Assembly (NCBI GenBank): GCA_902800355.1
Contig: CADCEE010000002.1
Span: forward strand, 13,227-77,226
Reading direction: 5' to 3'
From: an uncultured Erysipelotrichaceae bacterium
Lineage (GTDB): Bacteria; Bacillota_I; Bacilli_A; RFN20; CAG-826
Length of the DNA: 64,000 nucleotides
Below, piece by piece: positions 53,963-63,363 of the stretch. The notes beneath the pieces are model-generated. The model was not told the origin of the DNA and ran no database searches. It was given only the letters and a program-made list of their open reading frames with translations. Position numbers and translations under genes: made by a program. Each line of letters starts with the position of its first letter. Positions within the stretch are counted from its first letter, which is position 1.

Positions 53963-56044
53963 TTAAGCTTTAATTAATTCAATTGTCGCGTAAGACTCAT
54001 CAGTATCATTAACGATATTTTTAACTTTAAAGCTCCATCCTAATGCTTTGCCACTATCAAGTAAGCCGTCATTCTTATAGAACTGAGACTTATAACTTTC
54101 CATATCGAATGTGCTGTTTGCGACAAATAAATCAGTTGCAGATAAATCTGAAGTAGACATATATGATTGTCCGCTTTTAGCTTGTCTAATTAAGTGAAGC
54201 AAATTAAATCTTTGATAATCATCTCTATAAGTAATGTCATACGAGAAAGAATTACGTCCATTTTCATCTTCTGCAGTTGTCTTATAAGTGTTATTAAATG
54301 CAGTATAGAATTTAACAGATGATTTAGCATCGGTGATAAATTTACCAGCAACAGTCATTAATCTAGCGTCAACGTGCCACACTCTAATACCAGCCTTTTG
54401 AGGCCCACGAGGATAATTGCCGTCATATTGATAATCTGAATCGAATTTGTTTAATTCGGTTGGAGTATATAATTCAAGCAATAAATATTCATCAAATGGA
54501 GAATTATTCTTATTCCAACTTGGAGATAATAAGATGATGTCATGGCTGGATTGGAAATCATTTATTGTAATTTCACAACTACCAGTTGGGATATATGGAT
54601 CAGACCAACCAAACGCCATCGTGGAATATGGATCATGCCCACCAACGTTATTATCTTGCATAGAAAATCCAGCAGTTGGAGAAATAGTTTTAGAATAGTC
54701 GTAATAATCTTCAAGTCCAAACATATGACCCATTTCATGGGTATATGTATGAGAATCTAATAAACAGTGACTGGTATCGCCGTTACAATATCCACCTCCG
54801 GATCTCTCATAAGCTTTATTTGAGCCATACATAAAATCATAGCTAGCCCAGAAAAATCCGTTAACACCAGGATTATCTTTATTTTTCAAAGTTGTATCTT
54901 GTACATAATAGCAATAAGCCCACATATTACCTGAAAATGAACTATAAACCTGGTAATCAGGAGCAGCGTAAATAAACATCACGCCATCTAAATAGCCATC
55001 CTCATCAGAGTCATATTTTTTTCTACTATCTTCATGATTATTGAAGTACCAATTTGTGGCAGTTTTAATAAAGCTAGCCTGTTCTTTATTAGAGAAGGCA
55101 TTAGCTTGTAAGGAAGTTACATCAGGCGTGTACCATTCGCTGATCTTGCCGTTTAGAATTAATAAACCATCGCTTTCTTCTTCGTAGAAAGACTTTACAC
55201 TATGCCAACCAGTTTGTTCTTTAGTGCCAAAGAAGACTTTATTAATGTCATCTTTAACATTATTTTGATAGGAACTAGGGAAATAAGACTGGCTATCTTT
55301 AAACCAGACAGGAATAACTAATAAATTAACATCGCCAACAGTTGGGCAGTTAGATGTACTGTAATAGTTATTATGAACAAAATCACTATAAGTTTGTTCA
55401 ATTTTCACTTTTTGGCTTTCAGTAACTGAAACATGGAATACTTTTTCAAAATAACTAGATTCATCTTTTAAGGCTTTAAAAGTGATATCAGCCCCACCAA
55501 GAGTTAGTCCTTTAACTTCATAAGAAGTTTCGCTAACTTTACTAACAGAAATAACATCAGGATTAGTATAGGTATAAGTAATAGGAACAGTAAAATTAGT
55601 TGGGGTAACACTTAAAGATAAAGGAACGATTTTATTTTCCTCAATAGTGTTTTGACCATTAACATCGATATCACTAACATATTGAGTGGCAGCATATACA
55701 GACACTGTTAATGTATTACTTTTAATATTGTCTTTACTAACAGTTAGCTTATAGCTACCTTCACTAGTAAACGGAGTATAAATATTTTTAGTAGACCCAT
55801 TAAGAGTTAAATTAAAGGCTACTTCATTTCTATTTAATTTCTTTGTATCACCACTATAATAAATTCCTGTAATTGCTAAATCACATTTATCAAAAAATGA
55901 TTCTCCAACAACGTAATTAGGAATTGATTCTTGTGAGATTTCAATAAATCTTAATTTGTCAGATAGAATATCAACAAAATTACAGCTAGATAAACTTAAT
56001 CCAGCAGTGATTAAACCAATAAATAAAAGGGATCTATGCTTCAT
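53963..56044 (-). CDS. surface lipoprotein: Ig-like domains + HExxH zinc metalloprotease (InhA/M6-like)
   Basis: Signal peptide plus lipobox (MKHRSLLFIGLITAGLSLSSC), one Big_3-like and one Big_2-like module, then YTHEMGHMFGLEDYYDY. The start could be 56044 (preferred, normal signal peptide) or 56062; neither has an SD. Confidence 0.78.
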   Translation of the reverse strand: MKHRSLLFIGLITAGLSLSSCNFVDILSDKLRFIEISQESIPNYVVGESFFDKCDLAITGIYYSGDTKKLNRNEVAFNLTLNGSTKNIYTPFTSEGSYKLTVSKDNIKSNTLTVSVYAATQYVSDIDVNGQNTIEENKIVPLSLSVTPTNFTVPITYTYTNPDVISVSKVSETSYEVKGLTLGGADITFKALKDESSYFEKVFHVSVTESQKVKIEQTYSDFVHNNYYSTSNCPTVGDVNLLVIPVWFKDSQSYFPSSYQNNVKDDINKVFFGTKEQTGWHSVKSFYEEESDGLLILNGKISEWYTPDVTSLQANAFSNKEQASFIKTATNWYFNNHEDSRKKYDSDEDGYLDGVMFIYAAPDYQVYSSFSGNMWAYCYYVQDTTLKNKDNPGVNGFFWASYDFMYGSNKAYERSGGGYCNGDTSHCLLDSHTYTHEMGHMFGLEDYYDYSKTISPTAGFSMQDNNVGGHDPYSTMAFGWSDPYIPTGSCEITINDFQSSHDIILLSPSWNKNNSPFDEYLLLELYTPTELNKFDSDYQYDGNYPRGPQKAGIRVWHVDARLMTVAGKFITDAKSSVKFYTAFNNTYKTTAEDENGRNSFSYDITYRDDYQRFNLLHLIRQAKSGQSYMSTSDLSATDLFVANSTFDMESYKSQFYKNDGLLDSGKALGWSFKVKNIVNDTDESYATIELIKA

Positions 56045-56053
56045 TATATAGTT

Positions 56054-56082
56054 ATTATACATAGATAAAAAAATAATGCCAA
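56054..56082 (-). promoter_or_regulatory. candidate promoter of metalloprotease gene
   Basis: On the minus strand: TTGGCA (56082-56077), 17 nt, TATAAT (56059-56054), then 9 nt to the ATG at 56044. Confidence 0.4.
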
Positions 56083-56094
56083 ATTAATGGCATT
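56064..56094 (-). terminator. terminator after C11 protease gene
   Basis: Minus-strand AATGCCA-TTAATT-TGGCATT (7 bp) followed by ATTTTTTTA. Confidence 0.62.
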
Positions 56095-56118
56095 AATTTT
56101 AGCGATTATATAAGGCAA

Positions 56119-58155
56119 TTATCCGCCGTAATTGTTAGATAAATATGCCCAGTTAGAGAAATGAGTATCAACACCAGCAGTATATGGATTAACTCTTCTA
56201 TAGGAGCTATCAATACACCAGAACATACATAAACCGTTAGAGTTGCCTGCTCCTTTACCGCAACTAGCATAACCTAATAAATTCTTATAAGCATTTTTAA
56301 CCGCGCTAGTAATAGAATCACCAGGATTAAATGTTGAGCTACTTGATAAAATATTTACAAAATCCATCGCGTCAAATAAGCCATAATAATCATAGTCACT
56401 ATCCGCATAATGCTTAGCATCATCAACTAAACTATTGAATGATGATTTATTAGAATTGGTAATTTTACTCTTTAAAGTAGAAGCCATATTTTCCCAAGCG
56501 TTCATATATTCAGTTGCATATTGAAGTTTATAGTACGCTAGGGTTTGGTCGTTATATCTAGAAGAAACACCACCATTATCAGCGATAAATCCATCAACAA
56601 TAGCCTTTAAAATGGTTTCAGTATCTTTTCCAGAATATAAATCATCAATCCAAGTGTCATAGTTCCATCCAGCACCAGCCTCAGATTCCTCAGACGCAAC
56701 CATATATTTAAAATATGGACTATTCATTTCTGCAATATCTTGAACCGCCATTAGGCAAGCGTCATAACCAATCCATTCAAGTTTTTGACCAGTCATTCCG
56801 CATTTATTTAAAGCTCCAGAAACTGCCTCAACGACTTCAGTAGCTTCTAAGCCATCATTACTTAAATTGTTTTTACTAGTTTCGCCAAAACAAACACCTT
56901 GTAATCCGCCCCCATGATTCCAAAGAATTAAAGCGGTCTTATCAGCCGGATAATTAGTTAAACCATATTCAAGGAAATCTTGTAATGTTTTTGGATCACC
57001 CATGTTAGGTTTAGAAGATAGCTGTTTATCTAAAACAATTTTATTGTTTTCCACTCTATGAATTTGATTGAATGAAGTACTAATATCATAGTTAGCACTA
57101 TATTTAGCTTTTGAGTTAGTAGTCCACTTAGTGCATCCACCAGTTTCAATAATAATATTCACATCTTCTGGTTGATTATTCACATTTAAAATCTCTTTAA
57201 GGTCACTGACAGCAAAGCCATATCCATCTTCTTCGTTAGTCATGCTACTTTCTAAGTTAGAACCACACATATAGATTAAAACAGTCCAATCATCAGTAGC
57301 ACCTTTTTCTTCTACCACTACAGTACAATTAGCTTTATAGCCACCATCATTAGTAGTAACAGATATTATGGCAGTACCTACTGATTTAGCAGTAATAACA
57401 CCTTCAGAAGATACTTGAGCTATATTGTTATTACTGCTTGACCAGATAACACTCTTATCATAGGCATCACTTGGTGAAACATTAGCGGTTAAGGTTACAG
57501 TTCTTTCTGCTTTTAAAGATATAGATGCTTCATTAAGTGAAACACCTGTAACTCTAGTAGGTTCAGTAACAGTGATATCACAAGAAGCGGTAAATTCACC
57601 ATCGACAGATGTTGCGGTAATAGTAGCAAATCCTTCTTTAACGCCAGTAATCACCCCATTAGAGACTATAGCTACACTTTCATCACTACTTGACCAGATA
57701 ACTGCTTTATTAGATGCGTTACTTGGTAAAACTGTAGCAACTAAAGTTGATGCTTTGCCTTGTTTAATAGATAAAGACGATTTATTTAATGAAACACTTG
57801 TTACAGGAACAATTTTTTCTACAACAGTAATAGAACAAGTAGCGGTAAATCCACTTTCTTCAGTAGTAGCGATAACTCTAGCAGTTCCAACCGCTTTAGC
57901 GGTTACTAAACCATCACTATTAACAGAAGCGATACCAGTTTGTCCTCTTTGAACTTTCCAAATAACATTTTTATTAGTGGCGTTTGTTGGCTTAATATAT
58001 GCTTCAAGTTGGAAAGTAGAATTAGCCTCTATGGTGTAGGAAGAATAGTTAAGTTCTACTCCAGTTACATCAACAATTTTATTTCGTCCTGGAAAAGAAC
58101 AACTTCCAAGAGTTACTGCAAATAAGACAACAAATAGTTTTTTAAATAATTTCAT
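56119..58155 (-). CDS. surface lipoprotein: 3x Big_2 Ig-like domains + clostripain-family (C11) cysteine peptidase
   Basis: Lipobox AVTLGSC and three ~85-aa Big_2 repeats. The C11 core follows: DWTVLIYMCGSNLES, catalytic LWNHGGG (His-Gly) and GYDACLMA (Cys). Confidence 0.85.
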   Translation of the reverse strand: MKLFKKLFVVLFAVTLGSCSFPGRNKIVDVTGVELNYSSYTIEANSTFQLEAYIKPTNATNKNVIWKVQRGQTGIASVNSDGLVTAKAVGTARVIATTEESGFTATCSITVVEKIVPVTSVSLNKSSLSIKQGKASTLVATVLPSNASNKAVIWSSSDESVAIVSNGVITGVKEGFATITATSVDGEFTASCDITVTEPTRVTGVSLNEASISLKAERTVTLTANVSPSDAYDKSVIWSSSNNNIAQVSSEGVITAKSVGTAIISVTTNDGGYKANCTVVVEEKGATDDWTVLIYMCGSNLESSMTNEEDGYGFAVSDLKEILNVNNQPEDVNIIIETGGCTKWTTNSKAKYSANYDISTSFNQIHRVENNKIVLDKQLSSKPNMGDPKTLQDFLEYGLTNYPADKTALILWNHGGGLQGVCFGETSKNNLSNDGLEATEVVEAVSGALNKCGMTGQKLEWIGYDACLMAVQDIAEMNSPYFKYMVASEESEAGAGWNYDTWIDDLYSGKDTETILKAIVDGFIADNGGVSSRYNDQTLAYYKLQYATEYMNAWENMASTLKSKITNSNKSSFNSLVDDAKHYADSDYDYYGLFDAMDFVNILSSSSTFNPGDSITSAVKNAYKNLLGYASCGKGAGNSNGLCMFWCIDSSYRRVNPYTAGVDTHFSNWAYLSNNYGG
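57307..58074 (-). repeat. three tandem ~255-nt coding repeats (Big_2 Ig-like modules)
   Basis: Residues 28-283 of the C11 protein. Each unit carries the recurring pattern V(T/S)GV.L......(I/L).......L.A.V.P..A..K.V.W.SS....A.V...G.(V/I)TA...G.A.I. Confidence 0.8.
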
Positions 58156-58268
58156 ATGTTACCGCTAATTCTCTTCAATTTATTGAAGGTTTTATATTAC
58201 ATCATTTTATTCTCTATGCGTTAGTGTTTTCTATAAAAACACTTTTCTATACACTATATCAAGACTTT

Positions 58269-61200
58269 TTATTGCTCGCGTTTTTTCTTTCTAAATACGA
58301 AATAGGCTATTGCTAAGGTTAATGTTGAGGAACCTAAAATAATGATAATCAAGGTTGAACCTTTATTTTCTATAGCGATATTTAATATATTTTTCCCAGA
58401 AACTAATAACGATGAACTATTTAAAGAATCTCCAGATGCTCTAGCCCATGCAGATAATCTATTCCACTCTGCTAAATAAGCAGAATTACCTGAAAACAAA
58501 GTTCTTTGATGTTCATTAAGATTATTAAATGCTGCTTTAGCAGTTGCGTAGTAATGATGTTCAGAATCATTACAATAACCGAGGTTATCTGTGTAATCCA
58601 TATGCATATATGTATCAATAAATGATTCAAGACCAACACAGTCCTCAGTTTGTCCAATGTCTTGCTCTGATTTGGTATAAATTGTTACTGATTTAATCCA
58701 TGCCCTTTTTCCGTTGGTAGTTGTTGCGATAGCAACGGAATTGGTAGCGGTTGTATATTCCTTTGTGTAATCCGCATAAGAAGTTGTAAGCGAATTAGAT
58801 GTTCCACCAATAGTCATAGAAACAGGGGAATCCGTATTATAAGTACGTGCATTTACAACAACCTTATAAATATTAGAAGTTGTAGAAGTAATAGTTAATG
58901 TTCCTTTATTGTTTCCAGAACCAAGTCTTAATGCTTTATTTGATGTGTCAGGACCATTTTCAATAGTTGTATAACCACTTTTCGACGTTGATAAAGTATT
59001 AACTGAAATTGCTTCAGATCCTGAGGTATAAGTAATAGTACCTAGAACACTTTCCACTTCTTCAATAACCGTTCTTGTTGAATTAACAGTGATGTTATAT
59101 AACGCAGTTCTGGTATTTCCGTTATATGTATAACTAACGGTAATTTCTTTATTGCCGCTTGTACTCATATCTGGAGAAGTAACACTAGTAGGAGTAACTA
59201 CTTTTTGATATCCATTAGCAAAAGTCGCAGTACAAGTTCCATCAAAAGAGAATGGATGATTTTTAAGGAATGTCGTTGTCATTCCAGCAACAGAAATAGA
59301 CTGTAAAGTTCCTTTAGATATGGTTATACCATATGTTTGAGTTTTTGTTACACCTTTATAGGTATAACTAACAGTAACAGTTTGATTACCGACAGTAGTC
59401 ATATTGTAACCAGTAAATGTTGCGGAAGTTGTGACATTAGAAGAGCTGGAATCACTATAGTGAGCGGTCACTATTCCTCCATAAGCAAAAGTGTCACCTT
59501 CCACAAATGAGGTTGTATACCCACTTATAGAAATAGATGATAAAGTTTTAGCGGCACTAACAGTAATGGCTTGATTACAAGATTTGCCTCCATAAGTGAT
59601 AGTAACATTTGTGTCACTTGTTGTTAATGCAGTTGATGTAGTTGGATCAAAAGTGAATTCACTTGTATGTCCGCTATATGTATAGTTATCTGAAGTAGAA
59701 TCAGAATATGTACGAGTTATGACTAATCCAGTAGGATCAAAATAATCTCCGTCCTCGTAATTTAATTTTGTTGGAGAAGTATTAACACTAATTGAAGATA
59801 GTGTTTTTGTAGTAACTTCCTTCCATAAATAAACCGGGGACTGTCCACTTGTATAACAAGTAATAATAGGCGAACCATTATTTGGATTGTATCTAACAAT
59901 ATTTCTAGAAGTTTTTCCTGTACACGTTATAACTGCTGCATCGTTAGAGAAAGAGATGCTGAAGTACGCATAATTATCTAAAGTCGACACAATTTTAAGG
60001 TAATTACTTCCAGTAGTATTAGTGGCATTTAAATATCCAGCAGTGCCGTCATAATTCTCAGTTTTAAAAGTGTATGCTCCGCTTGAGCCACCAAGAGTAA
60101 CACTTAATGCATTAGAACCCCTCGTTAATTTATTATTGGAGACTGTCAAATCAACACAAGGTCGATTATTATTGTTACTAGACTTTGACATTGTTTTAAC
60201 AGTTCCAGATGTGCCACTAGTTATCAAATAGCTCTTTCCAACCTCTAAATCGCTAGTAGAAGTAATTAAAGTGAATTGAGTTGTATCAGTAGCCCCGCTA
60301 GAGTCAGTAACTGTTACTGTACAATTTCCAGATTTAGTAAGATCCGCTACTGAAGTAGCAGTAATTGTGGCGCTTCCTACTGCTTTAGCAGTAACTACCC
60401 CAGTACTAGAAACAGTGGCAACACTTGTATTACTGCTAGACCAAGTAACATCCTGGCTTGGATTATTATCGCCATCAACTGTGGCGGTTAAATTGCCAGT
60501 ACTAGATACAGCTAAAGATAATGACGAAGGAGAAACTGTAACAGAAGACACTGTTGAAGTTGATCCACTAGAAGTAACAGTGACATAAACAGAAGCATAA
60601 ACACTACTATCAGCGTTACTTTCAATAACGACATAATCATTTCCTTCACCAATTGCAGTGATTCTTCCTGAAGAACTTACACTAACAACGTTACTTTCTC
60701 CGCTAAGTGTATAGAAATTAACAGAGTGATCAAATGTCCCTACTCCGTTAACTGTATAATCTAAATCTAAATATTCACCAGTATTTAATTCTAATTCTTC
60801 ATTTACTACTTCTGGATTATTAATAATAATCTCTTTTGGGCCATCTTCATCTACTCCAAGAAATTTGGCGACGTTAAGTGCTCCATTTCCAGCCCAATTA
60901 GTATAAGAAGAACCACTATCATCGATTGGATCACAACTCGCGTATAAGGCTGATTCAATTTGAGCAGGGGTTGCACTTGGATTTTTTTGTTTATATAACG
61001 CAATCGCCGCGGTCACTAAAGGAGCACTAAAAGAAGTACCGCTTGTATCTTTATAGTGGGAATTAGAATCTTTTCCAGCAACATGAACATATCCAGGAGC
61101 AACTAAATCAATGGTCGAGCCATAATTAGAAAATCCCGCTTTATCAGTTCCAGTTTGGTTCAAAGAACCAACATTAATAACGTGATCATTACTTCCTGGA

Positions 61201-61955
61201 TAAGAAGGTTCACTAGTATTATAGTTACCTGCCGCTCCTACTAAAGTAATTCCGGCGTTATATGCCTGATTTAACCAATAAGATAGAATAGTCGAACAGC
61301 CAGAAGAAGCTGGCATAGTAGATCCACCATAACTAACTTCGTGTTCATAGCTTTGAAATGACATATTAACAACATCTAGTTTTAATGTTTTAGCATCAGT
61401 TAACGCTTTTTGGATTGCACCAAATTCATAACCATTATTAGCATTAGTGACTTTATAAACATATAACTCAACATTAGGAGCTAATCCAGTGCCACCAACA
61501 CTATTAATAGCAGCAGCCACTGTAGCCGCCACATTAGTGCCATGTCCGTGGGAGTCATCTATATATGAATAACCACTAGTAGAGGCCTTATAAGGGACCC
61601 AACTAGAGCTTTCCCAGGCATAATATTTTGAATCACCTTTTACTTTGGTTAATCCACCAACCATAAAATCTTCGTGGTCATAATTAATTCCAGAATCAAT
61701 GATTCCAACTTTAACAGAATCTCCGCGATAATAATCTAATGTTTTGCCTAAATTAAGATATTGGAAAGTTTTACTATTTTGAGTGCTATATTTTGGCTCA
61801 TTAGTAGGATCACTAGAATAACTAGCAGCATAGGCTACCATTCCTGGAGCGGCAAATTCGCTTTTTTCTTTAATATTATTAGCGGTTTTAGGTATAGCAA
61901 AAAGACATCCACTAAGGATAGAGGCAAATATAAAAGCCACAAACTTATGTCTCAT
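58269..61955 (-). CDS. giant surface subtilisin (S8) protease with Big_2/Big_3 Ig-like arrays, N-terminal lipobox and C-terminal TM anchor
   Basis: 1228 aa. Lipobox ASILSGC. Catalytic triad contexts are GIIDSG (D87), HGHGTNVA (H138) and SGTSFSAP (S308). There are 2 Big_2 and 3 Big_3-like repeats. The C-terminus is LIIIILGSSTLTLAIAYFVFRKKKREQ. Confidence 0.9.
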   Translation of the reverse strand: MRHKFVAFIFASILSGCLFAIPKTANNIKEKSEFAAPGMVAYAASYSSDPTNEPKYSTQNSKTFQYLNLGKTLDYYRGDSVKVGIIDSGINYDHEDFMVGGLTKVKGDSKYYAWESSSWVPYKASTSGYSYIDDSHGHGTNVAATVAAAINSVGGTGLAPNVELYVYKVTNANNGYEFGAIQKALTDAKTLKLDVVNMSFQSYEHEVSYGGSTMPASSGCSTILSYWLNQAYNAGITLVGAAGNYNTSEPSYPGSNDHVINVGSLNQTGTDKAGFSNYGSTIDLVAPGYVHVAGKDSNSHYKDTSGTSFSAPLVTAAIALYKQKNPSATPAQIESALYASCDPIDDSGSSYTNWAGNGALNVAKFLGVDEDGPKEIIINNPEVVNEELELNTGEYLDLDYTVNGVGTFDHSVNFYTLSGESNVVSVSSSGRITAIGEGNDYVVIESNADSSVYASVYVTVTSSGSTSTVSSVTVSPSSLSLAVSSTGNLTATVDGDNNPSQDVTWSSSNTSVATVSSTGVVTAKAVGSATITATSVADLTKSGNCTVTVTDSSGATDTTQFTLITSTSDLEVGKSYLITSGTSGTVKTMSKSSNNNNRPCVDLTVSNNKLTRGSNALSVTLGGSSGAYTFKTENYDGTAGYLNATNTTGSNYLKIVSTLDNYAYFSISFSNDAAVITCTGKTSRNIVRYNPNNGSPIITCYTSGQSPVYLWKEVTTKTLSSISVNTSPTKLNYEDGDYFDPTGLVITRTYSDSTSDNYTYSGHTSEFTFDPTTSTALTTSDTNVTITYGGKSCNQAITVSAAKTLSSISISGYTTSFVEGDTFAYGGIVTAHYSDSSSSNVTTSATFTGYNMTTVGNQTVTVSYTYKGVTKTQTYGITISKGTLQSISVAGMTTTFLKNHPFSFDGTCTATFANGYQKVVTPTSVTSPDMSTSGNKEITVSYTYNGNTRTALYNITVNSTRTVIEEVESVLGTITYTSGSEAISVNTLSTSKSGYTTIENGPDTSNKALRLGSGNNKGTLTITSTTSNIYKVVVNARTYNTDSPVSMTIGGTSNSLTTSYADYTKEYTTATNSVAIATTTNGKRAWIKSVTIYTKSEQDIGQTEDCVGLESFIDTYMHMDYTDNLGYCNDSEHHYYATAKAAFNNLNEHQRTLFSGNSAYLAEWNRLSAWARASGDSLNSSSLLVSGKNILNIAIENKGSTLIIIILGSSTLTLAIAYFVFRKKKREQ
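59082..59810 (-). repeat. three tandem ~80-aa coding repeats (Big_3-like Ig modules) in S8 gene
   Basis: Residues 716-958. Repeated pattern TL.SIS(V/I).....(F/Y)..GD.F...G.(V/I)......S.......(T/S)..F......G...(V/I)TVSYTY.G.T. Confidence 0.75.
60297..60830 (-). repeat. two tandem Big_2 Ig-like coding repeats in S8 gene
   Basis: Residues 376-553. The second unit (VSSVTVSPSSLSLAVSSTGNLTATVDGDNNPSQDVTWSSSNTSVATVSSTGVVTAKAVGSATITATS) is closely similar to the Big_2 units of the C11 gene. Confidence 0.75.
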
Positions 61956-62004
61956 AATACCTATATTTATAGATATTATATATCTAATACTGATAATATC
62001 GTAT

Positions 62005-62712
62005 TTATTTTTTGTTTTGTTTATTTAATAGCAAATCAATAATGTTCTGTTTAAGTGCGGTATTTGCTTCGACATTATTATCATTTTTACTTAATTCAGT
62101 TTTATTAATGTTTTCTTCTATAATTACATTTTGAAACAAGGTTTCCCATTCATCCTTTTTTAAGCATAAATGTGTTAAAAATTTAGATTCTTCTGAGGAA
62201 GGGTCTTTTTCATATAAATCAACGTAAGCTTTGATGATAGACTCCATTTTTATAATGTTACCCTTTTGTTTTTCTTCTAATAAAATTCCAACAATATCAG
62301 ATTGATCTCTTTTATATGATCTAAATGATTTTAATTTCATCGCAATTAGATGAATTGAATCAATAATCCTAACTTCAATCAAATTAGAATATGTTTTATA
62401 AAAGTCGCTATAAATGAAAATGTTTTTAGAATATGAATCTGTTTTTATAAAGTCGTCATTTAGCCATCCATAAGGAATGTTATATTTATCAGCAACAATT
62501 CTAATCGCGTGTTTTAAACTATCAGATTTATATGGATATAATAGACCATCTAAATCTAAAGACATCATTCTAAAAGAATATCTAACAAAAATTGCTCCAC
62601 CACCAACTAAAACAATCTGAACAGGATGTTTACTAAGTTTTTTATATTCTTTTCCAAGCGCGGTTAGATAATAATCTAAATTATCTCTATCTAAATAAAA
62701 ATTAGGCAACAT
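62005..62712 (-). CDS. AbiEii/DUF6036-like minimal nucleotidyltransferase
   Basis: NTase motifs VLVGGGAIFVRYSFRMMSLDLDG (hGG...DxD) and AMKLKSFRSYKRDQSDI. The ATG at 62712 (GAAAGAG 9 nt upstream) overlaps the upstream stop by 11 nt. The ORF-track TTG at 62733 overlaps it by 32 nt. Confidence 0.68.
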   Translation of the reverse strand: MLPNFYLDRDNLDYYLTALGKEYKKLSKHPVQIVLVGGGAIFVRYSFRMMSLDLDGLLYPYKSDSLKHAIRIVADKYNIPYGWLNDDFIKTDSYSKNIFIYSDFYKTYSNLIEVRIIDSIHLIAMKLKSFRSYKRDQSDIVGILLEEKQKGNIIKMESIIKAYVDLYEKDPSSEESKFLTHLCLKKDEWETLFQNVIIEENINKTELSKNDNNVEANTALKQNIIDLLLNKQNKK

Positions 62713-63262
62713 CTCGTAAATCTCTTTCGACAATATTAAATCTCACAAATTCAGGGATTGAATCCTTTAATGCATTTTTTTCAATATTTAAATCAGCATT
62801 TAAAACTTTGCTCAATCGTAAATCTTCCGACAAAAGGGTTTTAGTTAAAGCAAAATTTCTTAAGTCATTATAATCTTCCGCTATTGGTAAATTATTAATT
62901 CTTGATAAATAGTCAACAGTAGAAAGTAAATATAAAGCTTTAGCTTTTTGATAATTATTCCAATATTTCCTAATATCGTCATTTAAATAAGTTTCTATTA
63001 AAAATTGAAAATCACCTTTTTCTTTTAATAAATGCTTGATGTTACTTTTAAATGTTTCAAACTCATCAATATCATTTCTTTGTAATAATGATTCCATATC
63101 AATATTTAAAGCCTTTGATAATCGATACACTGTTTCAGCGCAGCATTTATTAATATCAGTTTTTCCGTTAACAACCTCTAAAAGAGTGGTATATGGAATG
63201 CCACTTATTTTGCTACATTGATAGACACTCATCTTTTTTTCGTTTAATAAATCAATTAACAT
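62702..63262 (-). CDS. XRE-type HTH protein with uncharacterised C-terminal domain
   Basis: 186 aa. AGGTGA RBS. N-terminal HTH (MSVYQCSKISGIPYTTLLEVVNGKTDINKCCAETVYRLSKALNIDMESLL) followed by about 120 helical residues. Confidence 0.72.
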   Translation of the reverse strand: MLIDLLNEKKMSVYQCSKISGIPYTTLLEVVNGKTDINKCCAETVYRLSKALNIDMESLLQRNDIDEFETFKSNIKHLLKEKGDFQFLIETYLNDDIRKYWNNYQKAKALYLLSTVDYLSRINNLPIAEDYNDLRNFALTKTLLSEDLRLSKVLNADLNIEKNALKDSIPEFVRFNIVERDLRDVA

Positions 63263-63279
63263 TTATATCACCTACATAT

Positions 63280-63308
63280 AGTATAACGGTGTAGAGTTAT
63301 ATTGTAAA
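63280..63308 (-). promoter_or_regulatory. candidate promoter of HTH-NTase pair
   Basis: On the minus strand: TTTACA (63308-63303), 17 nt, TATACT (63285-63280). About 10-nt leader containing AGGTGA. Confidence 0.45.
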
Positions 63309-63319
63309 TAACAAGCAAT

Positions 63320-63345
63320 TAAAAAGGATGACCAAATGGTCACCC
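63320..63345 (-). terminator. terminator after second C11 gene
   Basis: Minus-strand GGGTGACC-ATTT-GGTCATCC (8 bp including one G:U) followed by TTTTT. Confidence 0.6.
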
Positions 63346-63363
63346 TATTGTTGTATTTGATAA

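Noticed and set aside
57307-60830. Periodic ~250-nt repeats that might suggest CRISPR or a satellite array.
   Set aside because: They are in-frame, diverged coding repeats that translate to Ig-like Big_2/Big_3 modules. There are no short identical repeats with unique spacers anywhere in the window.
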